DNA of 64,000 nt from Takakia lepidozioides. Taxonomy: Eukaryota > Plantae > Bryophyta. The stretch covers positions 65,596,001 to 65,660,000 of the forward strand of contig CM060733.1 of NCBI GenBank assembly GCA_030704615.1, in the 5' to 3' direction. The notes under the pieces were generated by a model. It did no database searches, had not been told where the DNA came from, and saw nothing but the letters and a program-made list of their open reading frames with translations. Positions within the stretch are counted from its first letter, which is position 1. Each line of letters opens with the position of its first letter. Below, in pieces: positions 24,001-37,839 of this stretch. The translations under genes were made by a program, and so were the position numbers.

Positions 24001-26932
24001 CATCTCCCCATTTGCTTTCCCGAGGCCCGCGGAAATCCTTTTCCTTGTCCTCTGGCCCCCAGCGGCTGCTCCATTTGCTGTCGCGTCGATTATCAAAACT
24101 AGTTTCCCGATTATTGGTATCTGCCCATCGCTCAGATGGAAGTCGTCGGAGTGGAAGGTCCCCAGGCTCTCTCCCTGAAGCAGGGCTGTTGTCAGCCCAC
24201 CTCTCATTCCCACCCCGCCGAGTCTGCGGTGGTGGAGGGGCTTGCTCAACAGAAATCTCTCTCTCACCCTCCTTCCAGCGATCACGCCGGGGGGCTACAT
24301 TGTTATTATTCTCTCTCTCCTCTTCTCTCCAACGCTCTCGCCGACTGCTATCAGCCTCACGTTCCATAGAAAGTGTGCGCCACCAGTCTCTGTTTCGCTT
24401 TCCATCTTGGGGAACTCCATCCCCAGCACTGCGCCAGCGCTCTTTAGTCAGCACTTCACTATTTCCGGGCCCCATGTTTGGGGTGCCTGGTGTACGTGGG
24501 GGTTCCTGCAGTTTGCACCTCCAAGTTAAACCACATACCAAATGTCTCTGGGAATTCTCCAAAAAAGAATACTCTGTCCTACTCAAAAATAACACAGTGC
24601 AGCTGAAGCCAAGAGTCAAATCCCACATTTACGGAAGAACTCTGAGAAGGTTTACGAACCCAGGTGGATATCTCCAAACACAGACAATAACCTCAATTGT
24701 GAGAGACCCCAACAACACATACAATCCCTTGATAGCACTGAAAAGGGGCTAGCGTGAAATCCCTACTGATCCCCTTGCGTGCTCAATTGGACCTGTGAAT
24801 CACCATAAACAATGGAGAAAATATCACAGACACCCATGACTCAAAACTAATACCTCCCCTCCCTGGGGAAGAAACCAAGCAAGAAACACTATCACATACC
24901 CCAGATGCCAATGGTGGTTTACTCTCTCCAGGCTTTGAGAAAAGCCACTGTGGTGAAAGAGGTATACTGTTGTCTGAGTTGGCCAGATCTGCACCCAATC
25001 ACAACAAAAGGCGCAATCATTACAAGCATTGAAACTCTCCTACCGCAGACCTGAAACAAATTTTTTGAATGAGAGCACATTAACATTAAAGAGTGACAGA
25101 GGCATGCCTTTAAGCTCATGGTCGGAAGGGGCAGGCAGCAGCTTCGATGCACTCAATATTCCACTCCCTTCATCTGCATCTCCATGAAGTGTTATTCACA
25201 ATGAAGAGCCAAACACTTCAAACCTGGCTACCATGAAGAGATAAGACATTTCTCCATGTGATAGCCTACTAAACTCCCAGCTCGTATTGGAGAGGTAATC
25301 AAAGATCAAATGACCATCGCGTCAAAAACATAAAGAAGAGCTTTCTGAGGTGAAAACCAAGGCACCAGGACAAACATCATGAAGAGATCAAATAGACTAC
25401 TACAGCAGTTATGAACAAGCCAGACACTCTGCCTTGCATCCATGACCTAAAGAGAAGTCAACCAACCAAATGGGGAGAGAAAAACCTAACCCTATACATG
25501 TTTCAGTAGACGACTAAATTAGACAGTCATTTTATGGAATCTAAGCACACCACAAACTATAAATGCAAGATAATTGATGACACTTGCACCTAACCACGTG
25601 GTGGTGCAGTGAAATGACATGACAATATTCGAAAGGCCCACGACTACACATTCTTATACAGTGTCACATGAGCGCAGAATTCCACTGTAACATGACACTT
25701 GAAACCTTTAAACTTAGAAGTAAATTTACATCCGGCAATACAGGCATGGATTCCATGAAAACGTGATAGGTTCCACCAAAATGCAGTAGTTCCATACATT
25801 GCAGGTCACACAGAACAGCTCAATACTCATACAGAAAGTTAGATTCTGAATAAGTTTGGGCTTGCAAAATTGTAGATGGTGTATATTATCGAACATCTGT
25901 CAACCACTCTGGGAACTTTCTCCTCTGTACCAATCCTACTATATAAGGGAGTATTCAATACATTTACAAATGGACCTGATATAGGACCTGCAGCAAAGCC
26001 TCATAGGAAAGAAACTTAGCCCTAGGTGATAATAAAATGAATAAGAACAAACATTATCAAGACAAGGACACCTGGACTACATAATCTAACTACCAACGAG
26101 GTATACCTGTATGTTTCCCTCTACAACATGACATACACATAACACAAGGCCTGCACAGGACTGACTTCTGCAGTCCCAGGACTGCAGCAGCGTAAATCTT
26201 ATTCAGGTCTCATTATGAAACATACTAGTTACATCAATAGGAAGAAGCAGAAAGAAAGAGCAAGAGAAAAGAGTTCTTTCGATGGCAGAAACAAGGGAAC
26301 AGACTTCACAGGGAAGTAGAGACGAGCCAGATGCAGCATGTGAGTTATGCGGCAAACTGTATGACATTTTAGTCATGTGAACAGTCCCTGTTACTCCCAA
26401 GGGTCGTAGTGCATATGAGGGAATTTTGCTACGCGGGTTTTTCTTCATCAATCCCCAGCAGGTTACCAATGAGAAAGTGCAGAGGAGGCACCAAGCAGTC
26501 GAAACAGTTCACATCTGACCCTGGGTTTAAGATGGAAAGCCAGCGGGCCAACTCAGAGGATGAACAGCTCCCGAGTCAAAAACAGCTAGAACCTCAATGA
26601 TCATAGACATACAGACAGCAATATAGAGACGAAGGGAAGAGAGGGGTATATGAGGTAGATCCACAGAAATACAGCACCATTTGGAAGAGCGTTTTGGAGG
26701 AGAGAACTGAGAGAAAAAAAAAATGAGAAATCATCCGAGGAGACTTCGAAGATATGATACGAACACAGGCCAAAGGAAGAAGATAGAAGATGCTGACAGA
26801 GAGGTAGGAGGTAGAGGATGTGAGAGAAAGGGGGAAGAGGGACAGAGACAAACCGCGCAGCTTCCAAGGTTCGGGGCGAAAAGAAGTTCCACCACCACTC
26901 TCCCTGACAGTCTCAGTCTTGCTGTCAGCCAT
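15079..26932 (-). CDS. EXA1: EXA1/GIGYF-like GYF-domain protein, 12 exons, ~2165 aa
   Basis: Phase-consistent GT-AG exons: 26932-26854, 24988-24900, 24505-23438, 23133-22998, 22231-22043, 21782-21550, 21243-20493, 20176-19218, 18817-16611, 16391-16162, 15929-15822, 15527-15079. Motifs: SDNSIPLSPQWL, YPRAKLL (4EHP-binding-like), GYF domain [28 protein letters not shown], KSLxEIQ repeats, and C-terminal GKKKGKKGKKVVDPSLLGFSITSNRIMMGEIQ. Confidence 0.92.
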
Positions 26933-29900
26933 GGATGATCGCGACAACTGCTAAGCTTCTTCCTTCCCCGACTCGATACGCGCTCCTACTCAAACGAGAC
27001 TGGGGCTAAGGTCTTCTGTACACTGTCCGCCCTCACACCCCCCCAACCCCTTGGACAAGTACCACACTACCGAAGCTACCTATCACACCTCCCCATACAC
27101 AGCCTGTGCCCCGCTCCGATGCACCAACTCCAGCAACAATCAAGCATGAGACGATGCAACGAGATGATACAATGCTGCGACGAGATGCAGACAGAATCTG
27201 GGTGCGGCCAAAAGCTAGGGTTGCAAAGTGGGAAAGATGAAGGCACATGAGGGAGACAAGGGGGAAGAGCGCGTCGGGTTGGCGGCGCCCTGTCCCCTTC
27301 TTCTTTTGGCCGGGACCCCTCTCGGGACCCCTTGTGGATGGTCCCGACCCCACCCGTCCCGCACTCGGTACCATCATACGCCCAAAATGACATGCCATGC
27401 ACTTACTTCACACCTCGATCTCACATCAATATATGAAGTGAGAGGTTTGTTGGCCCTCCAAGGCAGGACTACGCAAAGGGTTCAGCCGCTCTTGCCGCAT
27501 TGCCGCTTTTTCTTTCTTTTCTTTTTCCTTCGATTTACTCTTCCAATTCGATCAAGACAATTGCCACCAGAATATTCTGTTCATATTTCTACAGAATGAC
27601 ATGCCATGGATGAACAGTTTCATGGTCTTTAGGTCTGGAGTTCAACTTCTTGTGCATGCTTATGAGGATATTACCCTGCGTGCCACCGGGTGATTCAGGG
27701 CTCAAATCATGTTACCGCGATATTTATTAATAAACACTGTGTGATCTTCCAGCTTTTCCTATCTATTCATAATTATTAGAGGGTGGGGCTTGCATGAATT
27801 GCATGCATTTGTTTTGTTTTGTTTGTTTTGTTTTGTAGCGTAGTTGAGATCTCCCAAGCCACGGGCCAGCCCCCGTGCTTGGTGCCGTTGGAAAGCCCTC
27901 GATGAGGAGGGGTGCACCGGCTTGATCTCATGATTTTTCGACCCGCGGTCGGGAGATATGGAATTTCAAGTATTTCTGGTCTTTGGAAATTCGTGAAAAT
28001 AGAAAAGTGGGCCTTCCTGGAGCAATGATGTGGGAGATTTGGAATTTCGAGTACTTTTGGTCGATGGAAATTCGCGAAAAATAACAAAGTGGAATTTGGA
28101 TATATCAATATATGAAGCCTCGAAAGGGGAGATTGCAAAAATAGCAAAGCGGGTTTTGGGATTGCACTTAGACTTAAGTGACATTGGACATTGGAGGTCG
28201 CACTTGGGTCTTTACATGGGAGACGCACTTGAATACATAGGAGATTGCACTTGGGCTTAGATTTCAATTCTTCACACATGGGCCAATTGCACAAGCTACC
28301 CTAGATCTCCCAAATAGTGGGGTCTCTGGATACATCTAGGGGATTGCACTTCGACATAGATGACACTGGACACTTGGGCCAACGGCATAGGCTACCCTAG
28401 TCAATATATGAAGGAAGCCAGTTTGTTTGTGTTGTTTTGTTTTGTTTTGTTTTGTAGCGTCGTTGAGATCTCCCAAACCGTGGAACCCCAGCCCCGGTGC
28501 TTGGTGCCGTTGGAACGCCCTCGATGAGGAGGGGTGCACCGGCTTGGTCTCATGATTTTTGGACCCGCGGTGTGGGAGATGTGGAATTCCAAGTACTTTG
28601 GGTCATTGGAAATTCGCAAAAAAATAGCAAAGTGGGCTTTCCTGGAGCAATGATTGGCCTTCATGTGGGAGACACACAGCAGATTGATGCTTGTGTGAAG
28701 GGATTTCTAGAGGATATCTGGAAAACCCGGATTAATTCTTTATATGGAGGTAAGTCTTACTACCAACGTCAGCCCCTGACAGAGGTAGGTTCTATCCCTT
28801 TTGTTCCCGCTCAAACTGGGCGCGGGGTCAATGGCCACAAGGCTACGGCAAACAACGTCGTATGAGTACAATCTATGCGCTACTTTCCAATCGCATGTTT
28901 CACAGATCTCTTGGTGTTAAGAATACAACGGCATATGGTACAATAGAGATCGCACTTGGGCCTCAACATAGGAGACACACTGGGATACATAGGAAATTGC
29001 ACTTGATCTTAGATTTCAATTCTTTACATATGGGCCAACAGCATATACTACACTAAAGATCGCATTTGGGCCTCAACATATGAGACGCACTTGGATACAT
29101 AGGGGATTGCACTTGGGCTTAGATGATACTAGACACTTGGGCCAACGGCACAGGCTACCCTAGTTCATTATAAATACATCAATATATGAATCGAGACATT
29201 TGTTTTGTTTTGTTTTGTAGTGTTGAGATGTCCCAAACCACGGCACCCCAGCGCTGGTGCTTGGTACCGTTGGAAAGCCCTCCATGAGGAGGGGTGCACC
29301 GGCTTAGTCTCACGATGTTTGGACCTGCAGTGTGAGAGATATGGAATTTCAAGTACTTTTGGTCGTTGGAAATACCCGAAAAATAGCAAAGTGGGCTTTC
29401 CTGGGACAATGATTGGAGCCTCGATGGGAGATATATCAATAATGACTAGATATATTACTACTCGATAAATTCATGGAAAAAAATAAACGGGGCCTTGACG
29501 TCGTAGACGTACTTGGATACATAGGAGATTGCACTCGGGCTTAAATGACACTGGTACATGGGAGATGCACTCGGATAAATGAATAAAAGATTGCATTTGG
29601 GCTTAGATAGGCCTTGACATAGGAGACGCACATGGGAAATGCCCTTTGATACATAGGAGACGCACTTGGATACATAAGAGAATTCACTTTGGCTTCGATG
29701 ACACTGGACACACTTGGGCCTCTGCATGGGAGATGCACTTGGATATATGAATAGAAGATTGCACTTGGGCTGAGGTGGGCCTCAACATAAGAGACACACT
29801 GGGTTACATAGGAAATTGCACTTGGTCTTAGATTTCAATTCTTCAGACATGGGCCAAGGACACAAGCTACTTTAGAGGTAGCACTTGGGCCTATAGATGC

Positions 29901-31079
29901 ATAAATGGGTACAATTTTATTTTCGGATCGTTTTTTACCTTTAACCAGGCAGTTTCGGCATTGTATTGCCAAAACATAACAAGTTGTTAGTTAGTTGGGA
30001 ACCGCTGATGAAGCACCTAAGAATTTAGATTAGGTCTGAGACGAGCATCGAGTGGTACTCTGGCGTTAAAACGACAATAGAAGCTGCAAGGACAGCGTTC
30101 CAATTCGGTACAACTAACGGCAACTTGGAACCGTTTGAACCGTACGAGGGTGATTGTAAAGACGGGTTGCGATCTGTCTATTCCCCCTCTTCTCTTATCC
30201 AGTAGGATCACACAGTGAGAGCACTTGGCAATTTAGAGTAGGAATTGTATAGCGATGAAATATTGTAACAACAGCAGGACGCTGCATCGAAACAACATCA
30301 GAACGGACGACTTCGGAGTGGAGCATGGCCAAGCCAACGGTGCAGAAGGGTAGTTGGAGGTGACTTCCAAGCTTTTATGATCGAGTGGCAGGGTCAAGAA
30401 CTCCAGAGGCATCACCATTAGAATGTTTTTTCCAAGGAAGCAGTGAACTTCATATACGACGGATCCACGAGGAACGGCGTTTGGAAAAGGTTTTTTACTC
30501 CGATTGACCTGAGGATTTACAGGCACTTACAAAGCCCTTAATCATAATTTATCACCAATTTTTGTGATTTATGATTAAGGTTAGCAGCGGCACCGAATTA
30601 CAAGGCCTACGGTAGCGGCGACCGATTTGAATGATTTCTATGGATTTCATTGGAGGAAAAGGCTTAAATTCGCCCTATGGGTTGTTTGGGATGATAATCG
30701 TCATCTAGCGGTCAAAGAGGATGAGGAAAAACCCTTTGACCGGTCTTTCGGATGAGTTCCATCCAAATATTAGTTTTTTTTTATTAGTTTTTAAAAAAAA
30801 AAATCTCCCTCTAGTTTATATTAGTTTAAGACTATCCTACAATAGTTTTAGAGCCCCAAAAAGAGTATAGAAGAAGGGCAAGGCTTCCTTGTTTTTTCAC
30901 CTAGTTCATTTGTTTGCTTTGCTATTGCTTTGTTGTAGTGTAGTTTGCTAGAGGGAGCCTAGGTCCTAGAGAGTAGAGCTTGAAGCTCTCTAGTTTAGAA
31001 ATGTGTGTTTTTTAAAGAGCCAAGGCAAGGTGTCTAGCTCATTGTAGGCCTTGAGGCCATTTGCTTTTAGTAAAGGAGA

Positions 31080-31434
31080 TGTCAAGTTAAATAAGCACAG
31101 TGTGAAAACAGCTAGAATAAAACTAGTTATTTGTATTTAACACTTGGATTTAGGTCAAGTGTTAAATCAGGTGTCAAGTTTAGTTTTGACACCTGGTCTG
31201 TCTTATCTTCACGAGAGCGGCAGTCGCGCAGCTCATCTCTCTCGAGTTGAGCCTGCGCGACCGAGCTCCTGCATTCTTCAGATCTGAGTGTATGATGGGA
31301 GTGTAGGTTGTTGTGGGGTGGAGTCCCCATAGCTTGGGGTGCCCCTGGCTCGACTATTATCTTAAAGAGTGATCTTGAGGGATTGCATATTTCTTGTGTT
31401 GAGAGTGCGTGTCCTTTTTCAAGTTTGTTTATCA
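31080..31434 (+). repeat. Terminal repeat A1 (355 bp)
   Basis: Appears identical to 42529-42883; the 102-aa ORF-track translations of both copies are identical. Confidence 0.97.
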
Positions 31435-31450
31435 CTCGAGAGAGATGAGC
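31435..31450 (+). promoter_or_regulatory. Self-priming primer-binding site
   Basis: CTCGAGAGAGATGAGC is the exact reverse complement of 31231-31246 inside repeat A. There is no TGG tRNA-type PBS. Confidence 0.85.
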
Positions 31451-31699
31451 CTATCTAGTTTTCTAGTGCTAAGCTAGATACAATGTTCTTTTAACACTAT
31501 TATAATATATGACTTGGGGCAGGAGCCCATCTAGTCCTGCTGTTGCCATGGGTTTGCGCTTGTTGTTTACACATGGGCGTTAGTGGTGATTAGGGTGTAG
31601 TCATCCCTGTTTGTGGTGGCGGGTGCGCGCAGGGGGCCTTGGCGACTCTGCTGCCTGAGCGCTGGGGCAGGCTGAGCACCCAGTAGGCCAGTCGTGCCC

Positions 31700-32750
31700 A
31701 ACTTGTGTGGTCATCTGTGTTGCAGCTCAAGAAGGGCCATTGGCTGGTAGCCCATTTTGGCTTGCAAGCATATTGCTGGATTCACCGTGCTCTGTAGAGA
31801 CTCGCTGCCAGCGTACAGGGAAAGGTAGTGGAGGAGGCAGGTAGGTCGTGGGCCTTCTCCACTTTGTCCTGAATGGGAATCGCCAAGGCTATCTCCATAA
31901 CGAAGGCGCGGTTGTCTGTTAAGAGCGCAATGCCATCAGTCGCAGGGTGGAGGAGCTCGATTTTGAGAAGTCCAGACCATAGTTTGCTACCGTGCTTAGT
32001 AAAGGCAGTGATCGGTGAACTGGAGGTGTCTATGTGTTGTGAGGGGCCTGGCGTAGCATACTTTTGGGATCAGAGTGGGAGCTGCCGGCATCACTGTTGA
32101 GCGCACTCGGTGCTCGTTTGATACCTAGGTTGTTAGCCAAGAGCACCAGGTGGCGTAGGTGTTGCAGAGCGGAGGATAATCTGGTGGTCTGACGGGTTGG
32201 TTGTCACAGGAGTTTGTGTTGCTGGAGCGCCTGGGGCATGTGTGTCATTGATCGTTGGCAGATTCTGCGCAGAGCGAGTTTGGTAGGCGCGCTCCGTTGC
32301 AAAGAACTGTTCGTCAGAGAGATGCATGTCTCTGATCTCGGCGTACCATCTGTGTAGCCTTCCATTGCCACTTCGTTGGTTGAGTGTTGCTTTCTAGTGG
32401 AATGGGGTTTTGTGGCTCGAGATGGCTGGAGTGCAGAAGGCATGAGGGCAGTTGGACACCTGCCGCGCACTGTTGAAGAGGAGCTCGTGGTGGCAGCGCT
32501 TACAGGCCACCTTGATGTGGGGCATTGCAACTTCCTGCCAGGCAGTACACGGGTAATGCAGCTGAACTCCACATTGAGCCAGCACAACGAGCTGCTGCAC
32601 TTACGCCAGCCCCTTTGCAGCAGCAAGCCTCCAGGCAATCTATTACTGGTCATCTCTCTTCACCCGATTCGTTGGAGGGTAGTCTAATGTCAGGCAGCTG
32701 TGAGAAAGGCCAAGCAAGAGCTGTCCACAAGGTCACCAGATCTTAGGCCA
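31700..32750 (-). pseudogene. Degenerate antisense accessory ORF in the 5' region of the element
   Basis: Broken minus-strand frames: a Cys/His segment (ACKRCHH...NCPHAFC), a Pro/Thr linker, then WSGLLKIELLHPATDGIALLTDNRAFVMEI...KVEKAHDL. Confidence 0.4.
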
Positions 32751-33639
32751 TTTGCTGGAAGGGAAGGGCGCTTTCTGACAGTGTCAACCTCCCAGGCTGG
32801 CGATCCTCAGGTTTTGGAGGATTGAACCTCAAGGTTGTGTTTGTTGCAGAGAGTATGAGAGTGGGAGACTGTGGACTCACCAGGTGACACTTGGTGTATG
32901 AGTGGGATATGAGCTGAAGGGGCCCAGCTCACTACACGACCTGCTTGGTCTATGTTTACAATTCAGGACTTGAGGGCAGCCTGTGCCAACTCCATGGAAA
33001 GGCTTACACAATCAGTGATAGCAGATCTGTTGTTGTCACCTTGAAAAATCAGCACGCATGAAGGGCTGAAAGCGTTCTTGATCAAGCTAGTCAGTTCTGG
33101 TGCTTTCCGGGGTTGCATTGTAAGTGCTCTTGCTTTTGTTGGGAATATTGGTGCAAAGGATTAAGGCTCGGCATAGCTACGGATCTCGACTGGAGGAGAG
33201 CAGGTCACTGGTAACCAAGAGCTGTGGGGGGTGCATTTGTAAACACAACTGAAATCCTAGAAATTACAGGGCACGTGGCTAGGGAACCTAGGATGCCATA
33301 TAGAACTTAGGGAACCGGGAACCAGTTACCAGACATTTTGGGTGTAACTTTAAATTGTTAAACTTGAAAACTTTAAAAAAAAAAAAAAAAAAAACCCTTT
33401 TTAATATAATTTGAATGATTTGGAGCCAAATTCATCATATCTTTGTCAAATGGACTCTGGTTGACCCAGTTTTTGGGGGGATAGCTGCAGAAAGGGGAAA
33501 TCTACCTATCTAAACCTGGTTTCTGCTTTGGGGACTCTGCTAAAAATCTATGGAATTTTTAGAGTGTGAGAGTGCCATGAAGGATCCACAATCCTGTCTC
33601 TAGAACCTGTGCTGGTCTATATGAGAGACAAATTGGTGG

Positions 33640-34401
33640 ATGTACTCCATGCATGGCTGGGGAAATGAGGACGTAATTGAAGGGCAGGTCTCTTCTCTTA
33701 GTCTGTGCACACAAGGGGACACGATTTATGTTTCCCAAGGAACTCAGACTGATTTGAGTGGAGAACAGTTGGACGAGTTGATTGCATACTGGGAGTCAGG
33801 CATTAGCAGTAGACAACAGACTACTGTAGTTGGCATTGAGGGCCTCAATATCGCCTTGGACAGTCAGAACTCTGTTGGAGCCAGCAGTTCTGCAGCTGTA
33901 GGTGAAATACCAAAGTGGGTGAAAGCTAGGCTTGGAACACAGCCAAAGACAGCCCCGGGGACCAAGGTGTTCAGCCACAGGGCCGTGTGTGTATTGGAGC
34001 AGAGGAGCAGGAGCTGCACAAGTTTGTGCAATTAGACAGTGTTGCAGTCGGACACGCTCTGCACAAGGCAACCACGAGCGGGGGTTCATTAGCGAGGACA
34101 AGTTTGTTCTGTTTGAAGGCGATGCAGTCATTCGCAATGAAGATACCCGCAATCGTCTCAAACTTTCGAGTTGAGAGACTATCAGACCCTACCTTTGTTT
34201 TCTTTAGTGTTCAGTGAGCGGGAGATAGCAGAGTGTTGCTTTGTCTCTACCTGGCAGAAAGAGGAGGAGGGTTGGTTAGAGCGAGCTACTGTAGCTTGGG
34301 ACAAGGTTAGTGGCAGGTTTCTGGACATAGATATACCTCCTACACCTTACCATCAAGCAGAGCGAGGCACTTTGAGAGAAGTCTGGAAGTTGATAGCATA
34401 G
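33640..34401 (+). pseudogene. Frameshifted accessory ORF upstream of gag, function unknown
   Basis: Overlapping frames 33640-34035, 33987-, 33932-34174 and 34171-34401 join into a globular-looking ~250-aa protein. Confidence 0.4.
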
Positions 34402-34892
34402 ATCAGGATTAGATCTTGCTTGGGCGGGCTTCTATTCTTCCCCTCCATCTCTGTACTATTTTCATTACCTTGTACTTGTAGTTGCCAAAGCCTCTCTTGG
34501 TGGAGGCCAGTCAGTCCGGGGTTTTGGGCTGGGATATTCTGCAGGATCAGCATTGCAGCTGGATTTTGGTGTGGGGGTGTTGATGTTTTGATTTCTTGTG
34601 TTTGGATCCCCCCCAACACCTGCATGCTTGACTGTGCGCCATGTTGGTTTTGTGTGGGCGCTTGCTTTCATAGGGCGGTCAATCCTAGAGTATGCTGTCG
34701 GTGGTGAGGCTGGAGTGATGACCAGCAAGACCACCGGTGTTTCTTCTATGGTGAGGCTGGGTTGATGACCAGCCAACCATAGGAGTTCTTGCGGTGGATG
34801 CAGGTGCAGGTGCCTGAGCCACTGGGATATGACCCTTAGACTGCAACAGGTGCCCACCCGTGTCACTATTAGATTAGTACTAGAGCCTTATA

Positions 34893-37500
34893 GTGTCACT
34901 GGAGGAGGTGCACATTGTGAGTGTCATTACGGAGTTACCCAAGGGTTTTGAGGGGAGTACGGCTACAGGCAGTAACAGTGAGAGTGGGTTCACAAGACGA
35001 GGTATTCGGTTCAGACCACCTTCACCGCCACCCTCAATTACTGTAGAGTCAGACACAGGCTCGGAGGCTTCATCAACAGGTGTGCACTTTCATTCGCCAT
35101 TGTTGTGGGACGACATGGAGGAGATGTATGGAGCTACCAAGGGGCCTCGTAGGTACTCTGGAGCTGTGGGCACAATCGAGTTGGATGACTTTATCCAGGA
35201 GTTCGACAGCTGGTGTGATTTGCAGCAGATGCGCAATCCACATCTATTCACCCCATTCATGGCGTGGAAGGGACTGTTCCAGCATTTGGAAGGCCCGCCT
35301 ATGGACGATTACCACGAGTTCAGGCGAGGACATGAAGCAGAGATTGAGGAGTGGAGGATGTATTGGTCACCTGACTACATCTCCATTACTCGAGGCATGA
35401 CGCGACCAGTAGCTGCATCAGTACCAATAGCTCCCACTGCCAGCACTAGTAGTGGAGCAGGTAGTGCTGGTACTTCTGCAGGTGGTACCAGTTCAGAAGG
35501 TGCTACTACTCCTCCTGCCAAGCTACAACACATGTGCCTAGATTCAACCCGGTGGTGGAGTTCTTCCAGGAGTTGCGGAGGAACTACCAAGGTGTACGGA
35601 CAGAGAAGCTGCGAAGTTTGCAAGACTTCCAGCGCAAACCCAGTGAGAGCCTGCGAGAGGCGTACACTCGTATGAGGCGCTTGATAAGTGTGACCCAAGG
35701 GGTTACTGAAGCTCAGGCAATCCAGTTTTGGTATGGAATTCTGGACAAGGAGCTCAAGAGAAGGGTGCGAGATGCATGCCCTGTTACAAGCAGCCCAACC
35801 CACATTAGCAGATGTGTTTCTGCTGGCTGAGCGGATTGAGCTCAACATGGTGGAGGAACGAGTTGTTACAATGGATTTGGCAAGGACATGCCTGTACGGG
35901 GCACAGCTGTCAGCCCACAAGCACAAGGGACTGCCCAACAGCGTGGTCAGGGGGGCAAGGTTGCCCAGCCCAAGTTCCATGGAGCTTACAGGGGCCTCAG
36001 GTGCAGAGGCCCGTGGCATCTTTTGCAGGCCAACAGCAACCAGGGGTGATATGTTGGACATGTGGAGGACCCCATGTCAAGAGAGATTGCCCAGAGAGTG
36101 GCAGAAGGCCGGCACAAGCACAGCCTGCACAGTTGCAGTGTGGGCATTGTGGCAAGTATGGGCATGGAGATGCCCAGTGTTATGACTTGCATCCTGAGTT
36201 GCGCCCAGGCCAGTTCCAAGGGAACAATGGTGGCCGGGGGGCGAGGTGGACCAGCCCAGAGAGGACGAGGTGGTCGGGCACGAGGTGCAGGCCAAGGGCA
36301 AGCTCAACATGGCCAAGGACGCGGAGGTCAGGGCGTTGATCAAGGCATGGCCAACCGGCTTCAGCAGCTAGAGCAGAGGCTCGCTGCCATGGCTATAGCT
36401 CAGGCGGGTACGGCTCCCAGGCGGGATGGTCCACCTCCTGCTCCTGAGGGAGGAGATATGGGAGGCATGGGATTTATGTGCGGAGCAGCACTACCACTAG
36501 AGCAGGTGGAGTCTGCTGCAGCCGTGACTCGAGGAGCAGCACGAGTTCCTGAGCCACGAGGTGCAGAGGTGGAATTGGATCCACAGCGTGGGGAGGGAGC
36601 CGTCAGGCAAGGCTTCCTCAGTCATTCACATTGGGCGGAGACTGTGTCGACGCCATCCATGGCACCTAGTTCTCGCCCGACTGTTACCGAGGCGGAGGTT
36701 ACTATGCCATTGGGGAGAGCTACACGTGTGCAGCATTGACTCCTGCTGCCAAGGCTAGTGCGGCCGGTGTGTTGTTGGGGGCAGCCACCTCTGTGTGTCA
36801 AGCCCCACTGTTCTCGGCAACCATGATTGCGACGCCGGGGGTGAGACCAGCTGCAGTGTTCAGACTAGCAGCAACACTCTGAGAGAGGGGAGGTCACTTC
36901 ATCTTCTGCGGAGTTAGTGGAAGGTGTAGTGAGCAGGATCCTCGGATTTGAGGGTCAAGACTTGCCACGGCTGCGCCCTGGCAAGCTGCAGCTGCCAGTT
37001 GACGGAGCTGCCAGCTAGGCCAGCCATTGAGCGCGCCATGGTGACACCTGGAGTTGTCTTGTTAGACAACCAGGGAGGCATTTTCACTTTGAGTGGACCG
37101 GCAGGCAAGAAGTACGGCCACTGCGGGTCTTGTTGACTCAGGAGCTCAGCCACTGATGTTGGGCAGAGCTGCTATTGCAGGTTTGGGCCTCATGGAGGCG
37201 GATATGGAGCCTTGTCCTTTCCAGATACAGACATCTCTGGGAGGATCAGAGCAGGCTCGGGCATGACACGGCATCAGTTGGCTATTAGACTGCAGCCGGA
37301 TCATCCTGTAGATGGCTCAGTGATGCGAGCCAAGGCCATTGTGACAGACGCGGTCTCTTACGATGTCCTCGTTGGTGGGGCAGTGTTTATACCCCATGGG
37401 CTTCACCCTGGATTTCTGGGAGGGTCAGCATCCTACAGGCCTGGATGGCAGTCAGGGGATGGTCGCCGTGCACAGCTCCCTGTGACATTCATTGGGGTTA
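34893..37500 (+). pseudogene. gag: gag (two zinc knuckles) and aspartic protease, frameshifted
   Basis: RYSGAVGTIELDDFIQEFDSW; LQDFQRKPSESLREAYTRM; CWTCGGPHVKRDC and CGHCGKYGHGDAQC; protease DSGAQPLMLG at ~37135 and YDVLVGG at ~37360. Confidence 0.85.
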
Positions 37501-37839
37501 TTGCAGCTGCCCAGCGGGGCAAGATGCCAACACTAGCCGCCTTCACAGCTGCAGTTAGTTGGCCTGGAGAGTTGCTGGAAGGCAATGCCCATGCAGAGGA
37601 TGTGCCACCTCCAGCAGAGCAGGATGACATGCATGGTACGGCGGAGTTGCCTGCCATGGTTTGCTCACACTCCGTTGTGGGGTACGAGCAAGGATTTGCA
37701 GCAAGCTGCTGATGGACGCGTGCAACAAGCTGGGAAGAAGCTTTTGTACCGTCAGGAGAGGAGGAGAGTGCGGTGATTGACCAGGGCCACCTCAGTTGTC
37801 GCCATTGGACACCACACCTCTTGTGTGGCAGCGGCCGGA

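Noticed and set aside
31127-31435. 102-aa minus ORF duplicated at 42576-42884
   Set aside because: It lies wholly in terminal repeat A and has no recognisable motif; the duplication simply reflects the repeat.
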